Below are positions 57,801 to 64,000 of a stretch of DNA of 64,000 nucleotides, in pieces. Every line of letters begins with the position of its first letter. The first letter of the stretch is position 1. Under the pieces are notes generated by a model. The model was not told the origin of the DNA. It did no database searches and worked only from the letters and a program-made list of their open reading frames with translations. Source of the stretch: Pseudomonadota bacterium (GTDB taxonomy: Bacteria; Desulfobacterota; Desulfobacteria; Desulfobacterales; RPRI01); the NCBI GenBank assembly GCA_043825875.1, contig JBDRRF010000041.1, forward strand, positions 1 through 64,000, written 5' to 3'. The translations under genes and the position numbers were made by a program.

Positions 57801-58802
57801 TTATTTTGCCTGAGATCCGACAACCGGTATAGCACCCATGACTTTTATCTGGTTGCCCTCTGTTATAATAGCCGCAGAACGTGTGCCCACAATAAAACCT
57901 CTGTTGCCACCAAGAAGAGCAGTACCGGAAAACCAATTAAGTTTTACCTCCAATGGCACGGGAATGGAGCTCCAGGTCTTGCCGCTATCGTTGGTTGTGA
58001 CAATCGTACCACGATCTCCGGCAGCGATTCCGTAATTCTCGCCCAATTTAACATCATAAAGGGCTTGCCCCTCTGTCGATTCGCCGGTATTGGCTTTAAT
58101 AGGCTGCCAGGTATGACCTCCGTCATCTGTTATCAGCATGATGCTGCTCAAACCAACGGCTACCCCGTGCTGCTTTGAAGAAAAGGATATCCCAAAAAGG
58201 GTCGTTTCCGTGCCTGACTTTTGGGGAGACCAGTTCTTACCACCGTCTTCCGTATGCAGTATCGTCCCGAATTCCCCGGCCATCCAGCCTTCCTCTTCCC
58301 CCTTAAAATCGATAGCGTATATGATAACATCCTCCGGGTAGCTCCTGTCCTCCCAGGTCTTGCCACCGTCTTCCGTATAGAAAACAGCTCCCCAATCCCC
58401 TGAGGCCCAGCACTTTTGAGGGCTTACGGCCTTAACCGCAAGTAGTTGTTTTCTTTTGGGAGCCTTCTGCTCCTCCCAGGTTTTGCCGCCATCAACAGTA
58501 TGAAATATTGTCCCGGATTTTCCTACAACCCAGCCTGCTTTGGAATCACAGAAAGAAATGGACAAGAGAAGAATTTCCGTTGCTATGGTTTGCCTTTCCC
58601 AGTTCCTTCCTTCATCTGTAGTATGATACACAGAGCCCCTGGCGCCTGCGGCCCATCCCTCCTTGTCACCGACAAAACATACTGAATAAAGGTGATCGCC
58701 ATAGACTTGCTTTTCTTCCGTAGCATAAACCGAATTGCCGGTGAAAATCAGCAACACTGATAACAATACTATTGTAACAAAAGGGATTCTTTTCTGTTTC
58801 AT
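57801..58802 (-). CDS. YCF48/BNR-repeat exported protein, copy 2
   Basis: Paralog of 38301-39320; Asp-box repeats; start may be 58802 or 58826. Confidence 0.9.
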   Translation of the reverse strand: MKQKRIPFVTIVLLSVLLIFTGNSVYATEEKQVYGDHLYSVCFVGDKEGWAAGARGSVYHTTDEGRNWERQTIATEILLLSISFCDSKAGWVVGKSGTIFHTVDGGKTWEEQKAPKRKQLLAVKAVSPQKCWASGDWGAVFYTEDGGKTWEDRSYPEDVIIYAIDFKGEEEGWMAGEFGTILHTEDGGKNWSPQKSGTETTLFGISFSSKQHGVAVGLSSIMLITDDGGHTWQPIKANTGESTEGQALYDVKLGENYGIAAGDRGTIVTTNDSGKTWSSIPVPLEVKLNWFSGTALLGGNRGFIVGTRSAAIITEGNQIKVMGAIPVVGSQAK

Positions 58803-58838
58803 CTTTTTCCTCGCCACCCTCTTCATGATTATTTTATT

Positions 58839-61250
58839 TTAAGCCCTGTATTTATGTAAAATCTTTTCCGGACCGATGATAGAAACCAACGCCGGTAAAA
58901 CCGTGAGAGCCCCCACCATGTTGGCAACCAGAAGAAAAGCCAGCAACATTGCCATTTCAGCCTGGAATTTGAAGCTGGCAAAAACAAAAAATATGACCGA
59001 CACCACCAGTGTGGTGGAAGTAAATATGATGGCTTTTCCCGTTGTTGTAATAGCCATATAGCGGGCCTTTGTGTAGTCACCCTGGCTGAACTGATATTCT
59101 TCCGCCAGCCGGCTTAAGATATAAATGCCGTAGTCTACACCTATGCCTACGCCCACCGATGCCACCGGCAGCGAATTGATGTTCAAATCGATTCCCATTG
59201 TCAGCATCAAAAGATCGCTCAACACCTGAGACACCAACAATGGTATAAAAAGCACCACCGCTCCCCACCAGGTTCTATAGGCAATTGTGCAGAACAGGAA
59301 AGTGGCGCCAAATATAAGGCCCATGTTAATCCAGTAGGACCATTCCACTTCCTCATTTACGGCAGCAAGAATTCCCAGGATGCCGCCCGCCAGATGGAAG
59401 GTCACCTGCTTGGCCGGATTATTCCTGATATATTCTTTAAGAGACGAAAGGGCCTTTTTTATTGACGTATTGTTATAATCACGGAAGTAAAGTGTTACTG
59501 TCGCATTGGTATTCTCGGCAGCTACGTATCGGTCCATCTCGCTGCCGCTTGTAGACCCGGCGATCAAACGCAATACCTGTTCCACATCCCCCGATTTTTC
59601 CGGCAACATAGCCCACTTGGGATTTCCTTCATGAAACATCCTGAAAACTGTTTTAATCATGTCGCTGATGGTAACGGCACCTCCAACGGAGGGTATGTGA
59701 TTGGTGGCATACCTTCCCATATCATCGATGAGTCTTACTGTTTCTTCATCCGCGATCGCTCCTTCCTTTTTGCCTTCGGCGACAACAATAAGCTGGCTGG
59801 AGCCGATAAATTCCTTGTTTATAAGATCGCCTGCAATATTATAGGGATGATCATCATACAAGATAGCCTTGCCGGCGCTGGTATCACCTACCTTCAGATA
59901 CTTTTGTGTAACATAACCGCCTCCAAAGATAATTAAAATAACCAGTGCCAGGACAACCCACTTCCTGCTCCCCTGGGACAAAGCAATCAGCAATTCACCC
60001 AACTTCACATAAATTTTATCACCTGGACGGGCGGTAATACTTTTAATTTTTTCTCTGGCCTCATCTATACTCAGACCGGCCAGTTGTCCTTTCTTTAAAT
60101 GTTTTGCCCGCGGCGGAGGTAAAAGCGAAACCAGCACGGGGTGCATGACAATTGAGCTGACATAGATAGAGATAATCCAGAAACTACCGTAGATGGCCAG
60201 ATTACGCATAAGCGGGATACTGGCCACAGCGATGGTTAATACCCCCAGGCCATCGGTGATCAGTCCCAAAATGCCGGGCTTGTATAAATAGCCGTAGGCG
60301 TTGATAATAGCTTCCTTCTGTTCCCCAACGGCAGCATATTCCTCATGGTACCGTTCCATGGACTGGACGGAATGGCTCAAGGCCCTGGCTGATAAAAGCA
60401 GCGGCACCACCAATACCAGAGGGTCAACGCTTATATTCAGGGCAGCGGCAAACCCCAGGCCCCATATAGCGCTTACCAGCGCTGAAATCATTGGAATGAA
60501 GATCCCCATAAAACTTCTAAAATACCACCAGAGCAAAATAAGCATAACTACCCCGGTTACAATAAAAACATTATATAGCTGAGGGGTATAGTGAGCTATC
60601 CATGCATAAAGCATCGGGTATCCGGTAATGTAAAGGGTGTTGTTATCATCGTCTGCTTCCGACTTGATCTTCTTCATTTCCTTGAAAAGATTATCAAGAT
60701 CCAGACCCTCTTCCCAAAACCCTGCGGATATCAAAGCCGCTTTATCATCGAGGGAGACATACATACCACGCACTCCCTCGTTGCTATAGACCTTCTCCTT
60801 TAAAATTTTCATTTCCTCCGGAGTCTCTAACACACCCTTCACTATGGGCTCGATATTGATTCCCCCGGCACCCACACCGTAGTTCTTGAGCCTGGGATGA
60901 GTCAGTGAGATAATCTGCAGATTATCCACCCCTTTGACGGCCATGATTTGTTTGGTGATCCGGTCCACCTTTTTAATAGTTTCAACGTTATAGATGTCAC
61001 CGTTTTTCACCACTAAGGCCAAGGTCATCACATTCGCCGTACCGAACATGCTGCGATATTGCTTATAAAGCTCGATATACTCATGTTTTGGAGGATAGAG
61101 ATCAAAAAAATCAGTGTGGACTCTCAGACTGAAGCACTTGTAACCGAAAAACAGGGTTCCTAAAACAATCAGCGTCAGCATCAGAACAGGACGACCTACA
61201 TGAAATTCGACCAACTTTAACCAAATTGTCTTTTTATGTTCGCTTGTCAT
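58839..61250 (-). CDS. MMPL/RND-family transporter, copy 2
   Basis: Same length as and collinear with 39431-41842. Confidence 0.9.
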   Translation of the reverse strand: MTSEHKKTIWLKLVEFHVGRPVLMLTLIVLGTLFFGYKCFSLRVHTDFFDLYPPKHEYIELYKQYRSMFGTANVMTLALVVKNGDIYNVETIKKVDRITKQIMAVKGVDNLQIISLTHPRLKNYGVGAGGINIEPIVKGVLETPEEMKILKEKVYSNEGVRGMYVSLDDKAALISAGFWEEGLDLDNLFKEMKKIKSEADDDNNTLYITGYPMLYAWIAHYTPQLYNVFIVTGVVMLILLWWYFRSFMGIFIPMISALVSAIWGLGFAAALNISVDPLVLVVPLLLSARALSHSVQSMERYHEEYAAVGEQKEAIINAYGYLYKPGILGLITDGLGVLTIAVASIPLMRNLAIYGSFWIISIYVSSIVMHPVLVSLLPPPRAKHLKKGQLAGLSIDEAREKIKSITARPGDKIYVKLGELLIALSQGSRKWVVLALVILIIFGGGYVTQKYLKVGDTSAGKAILYDDHPYNIAGDLINKEFIGSSQLIVVAEGKKEGAIADEETVRLIDDMGRYATNHIPSVGGAVTISDMIKTVFRMFHEGNPKWAMLPEKSGDVEQVLRLIAGSTSGSEMDRYVAAENTNATVTLYFRDYNNTSIKKALSSLKEYIRNNPAKQVTFHLAGGILGILAAVNEEVEWSYWINMGLIFGATFLFCTIAYRTWWGAVVLFIPLLVSQVLSDLLMLTMGIDLNINSLPVASVGVGIGVDYGIYILSRLAEEYQFSQGDYTKARYMAITTTGKAIIFTSTTLVVSVIFFVFASFKFQAEMAMLLAFLLVANMVGALTVLPALVSIIGPEKILHKYRA

Positions 61251-61364
61251 CAATTACTCCTCACAATGATTAATTGTGTCTTCAACTTTAATGTTCTCAA
61301 ATAGAGCCAAATCCTTAAGTGCCTCGCATGAACGGGAAAAATGTTTTGTAATTATTTCTCATTA

Positions 61365-61421
61365 TTTGGGGACTAATTCCATATGTTTCATATCGTTGAA
61401 AAGATGAAATCAGTCCCCGCA
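61365..61421 (-). promoter_or_regulatory. Conserved intergenic stem-loop between DUF1329 and MMPL genes (operon 2)
   Basis: TTTGGGGACT...ATGAAATCAGTCCCCGCA; counterpart at 42073-42131. Confidence 0.6.
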
Positions 61422-61477
61422 CAAAAAACGCCCCTGAATGATTCTATTCTGAAAGCATCCGGGCATTAACCGGCCTT

Positions 61478-62803
61478 TTATTTGGACAGGGCCATTAAAT
61501 TACTCTTCGTGAAAAAATCCATCGACATCCTGGAAAGAGGCATACACATCGCGTAGTTATCGCCCTCTGCATTGATGTGAATGGTTACTGTGGCATGACG
61601 GGCCTTTTCGTCAATTTGTGTCTGGTCATGCATTATCCCTGCATTATTATCACCATCCGGGGCTTCGTTATAGTCTCCGACATTAAATGTCCAAGTTCGG
61701 AATTCCCCGGCCTTGGTATCTATTTCCTTCATCCAGATCTCGTTGGTCTCCTTATCCACCCAATTTCTGTGCAAGCCCCAGGCATAATAAGGATCTCTTG
61801 GCTTCTGCTCAATAACCCAGCATTTTCTGGGAACCCAGGTTGCACTGGTAAGCGCCCACTTAGCGCCAGTCCAGCCGGGAGTGTCATAACCGTATTTATT
61901 CTTAGTTGCGTTCAGGAAAAGCGTTCCATCAGGATCTTTCTTAATCATTGTTTTATTGGTGCTGGCAAAAGGAACAAGGATCGTCTGCTCACCCACAAGC
62001 TTCCATGTCATCGTTCTGTTTTTACCGCCCCACAAGAAAGTCAGATCCTGCCAGCCATCGGACCCCATCCAGGGGTCGGACCTGCTCACCCCTGAGGTTT
62101 GCCGAATCCGCCGGATGACAGGTACATAAGCCATCTGAACCATGTCGCGTTTATCCATATAATCCCAGTCTAACTGATTGGTGTTTCGCATACTGTAAGG
62201 TTCTTTGATTATGCCGAATTCAGCATAAGACCAATGTTCTGGATTTTTGCTCTCCGGCACCGCCTGCCACGTCGGCCGGCCCTGTATGCCCATGAGACGG
62301 GAATCTGAAAGTATATATCGGTGGATGCCCTTGTCGTTATTTACCCATTGAATGCGTTGCTGATAATGATACCCTCCTATACTGCCTTTATTAAAATAGA
62401 CGTTCCACATGATCTTTTCTGCGGCTTTGGGATCTTTTGAATCGATATCGGGAAAAGGAAATCCATAAATATGATACATAGGAATCTTCCCCGTTTTATC
62501 GACCAAATCACCCTCGGCGTTTATTTGAAATTTCCCGGCATTCTTCTGACCCGCCTCCAGAAACGTATTCCAGTGCTTATACTCAAAGTTCAATTCCCCG
62601 GTGTTGAGAATATAGTCACCCCTTTCTACAGCCCGGTAAAGGGCGGGCATGAGTATGTCCTTATATTGTGCGACATTGCTCTTATCTATTGTCTTGGCAA
62701 TTTCCTCAGCCGCCTGGACAGGACCGGCCCCAAACAGCATAACCAACACTGCAAATAGAGAGCAGATCCACCATCCTGAAAATCTAATTGTTTTAGTTCT
62801 CAC
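61478..62803 (-). CDS. DUF1329 periplasmic protein, copy 2
   Basis: Paralog of 42179-43510; GFPFP, AYVPVIRRIRQ; GTG 62803 after AAGGAGG. Confidence 0.85.
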   Translation of the reverse strand: MRTKTIRFSGWWICSLFAVLVMLFGAGPVQAAEEIAKTIDKSNVAQYKDILMPALYRAVERGDYILNTGELNFEYKHWNTFLEAGQKNAGKFQINAEGDLVDKTGKIPMYHIYGFPFPDIDSKDPKAAEKIMWNVYFNKGSIGGYHYQQRIQWVNNDKGIHRYILSDSRLMGIQGRPTWQAVPESKNPEHWSYAEFGIIKEPYSMRNTNQLDWDYMDKRDMVQMAYVPVIRRIRQTSGVSRSDPWMGSDGWQDLTFLWGGKNRTMTWKLVGEQTILVPFASTNKTMIKKDPDGTLFLNATKNKYGYDTPGWTGAKWALTSATWVPRKCWVIEQKPRDPYYAWGLHRNWVDKETNEIWMKEIDTKAGEFRTWTFNVGDYNEAPDGDNNAGIMHDQTQIDEKARHATVTIHINAEGDNYAMCMPLSRMSMDFFTKSNLMALSK

Positions 62804-62868
62804 TTTTCCCTCCTTGTAGCTATCGTAAGAATGAAATAAGCCGCTTGTTATTTTTTTTTCGCTCATGC

Positions 62869-64000
62869 TCACCATTCGTAACCCATTTTTAATGTCAACT
62901 CACTCGTACCTACAAGTCCCGCAAAGCCCGACTTGGCCGTCTTATCTCCCAAAAATGCATGTAAACCCATATTGGCATAAAGATTGGAGGATATTTGCCA
63001 GCTTACAGTCGGATGGATATAACCCGAACCTCCTCCTGCCCCTGACCTTCCAGGATTATAGGCGGCAGCAATCAAGGGAGAAATTCTACCCTGCCACCAG
63101 CTCCAACTCATGTTAAACCCGATTATGTCCATATCTCTTACCGGGCTCCCCGCTTTAGAAGCTTCAGGATGGTTAAAAGCCGAATCCCAACTGTTAATCT
63201 TCTGGTGTATCCACTCCAGGGAAAAACCAATCGGCTCGTGACTGGTAATCCATCGAACATAAATGTTCTTGTCAATTGCTACCATATACAGGGTTACCGG
63301 TTTCATGCGATATGTTGCCAGGCTCATTGGCGCCAGGGTTTTCAATTCCGGTACCGCAAGAGTAACCGGCTGATTTGAATGCTGAGCAATCTCGCCTCTT
63401 AAAACCAGGTCCAACGGTGAGATCTGATAACTGAAATAAGCGCCGTAAACATCCTGGGTCGGATGAGTTAACAAAGCCTTTGTAGGAATCATGCCGACAC
63501 CGGGTATGGTGATAAAATCCGTTAAAACTGTGGCAGGATCATTGTTAACGTCCCGGTAGTAAGCCATTGATAAACTGAGCAACCCAATGTCCGCAGTTAA
63601 TTTTGCCCCATACTCCTGCTTATTGGTGGGCACATCCTGCCTGACATCCAAGCCTCTGAAGGCGGCGAAAGGTAATATGGAAACGTAAGGCGCGTTCATG
63701 CCTGCCGTTGGGTTAAGGGCAACACTGTCCAGTGGCCCGAACTGCGAAGGCCGGATGTCGGGAACCCACAACAAATCAAGATTCAGTCTTAAACCCCCTA
63801 TAGGTGGAGCGCTGTAGTTTAACCTTGCCATCCAAAGAGGAATAGCAACGTCATCAGGGTTCTGAAAAAACAGCTGATAGGATTGATCCTTGGGACAAAT
63901 AACATCCAAAAGGGTGGCGTTGGCCGAAGACTCACCCCAGGAAACGAGCTGCCTCCCCGGCCGGAAGAAAGCACTGCCCAGTGGTCCACCATAAGTAAAG
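62869..64000 (-). CDS. DUF1302 outer-membrane protein, copy 2 (5' end beyond window)
   Basis: Frame stays open to the window edge (GPLGSAFFRPGRQLVSWGE); C-terminal KMGYEW. Confidence 0.85.
   Translation of the reverse strand, partial: FTYGGPLGSAFFRPGRQLVSWGESSANATLLDVICPKDQSYQLFFQNPDDVAIPLWMARLNYSAPPIGGLRLNLDLLWVPDIRPSQFGPLDSVALNPTAGMNAPYVSILPFAAFRGLDVRQDVPTNKQEYGAKLTADIGLLSLSMAYYRDVNNDPATVLTDFITIPGVGMIPTKALLTHPTQDVYGAYFSYQISPLDLVLRGEIAQHSNQPVTLAVPELKTLAPMSLATYRMKPVTLYMVAIDKNIYVRWITSHEPIGFSLEWIHQKINSWDSAFNHPEASKAGSPVRDMDIIGFNMSWSWWQGRISPLIAAAYNPGRSGAGGGSGYIHPTVSWQISSNLYANMGLHAFLGDKTAKSGFAGLVGTSELTLKMGYEW

Noticed and set aside
57730..57936. N-terminal extension of AOR3 overlapping YCF48 (likewise extensions of DUF1329, SdhA-like and SDR ORFs)
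   Set aside because: Downstream starts have strong RBS, remove the overlaps and match paralog N-termini

Overview
Bacterial DNA from an anaerobe. The gene content and intergenic palindromic elements suggest a Desulfobacterales-like deltaproteobacterium, but that is inference only. Bases 1-7.7 kb hold a metV-metF operon coupled to a split glutamate-synthase-like gene set, bracketed by two near-identical inverted MITE-like elements, followed by an MscS gene. From about 9.4 kb to the window end lies a ~55 kb, almost entirely minus-strand catabolic/redox region built by repeated duplication. It has two DUF1302-DUF1329-MMPL-YCF48 envelope transport operons, three tungsten AOR-family enzymes each near a stand-alone CCG-domain protein, and four paralogs of an uncharacterised AttH/CrtC-like protein. 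It also has two Tat-exported SdhA-like flavoproteins with a type-E-like SdhB, seven SDRs, two OYE flavoenzymes, a COG1233 oxidoreductase with an unlisted ferredoxin, a methyltransferase-family protein, a sulfotransferase and a secreted hydrolase. Its only regulator is an XRE protein fused to an IS1 InsA-like domain. The best candidate for a new system is a CoA-independent anaerobic uptake-and-transformation pathway for a hydrophobic substrate (terpenoid, steroid or aromatic; not determinable from sequence). No rRNA, tRNA, CRISPR array, integrase or intact transposase was seen. All family assignments come from motif recognition, not database searches.
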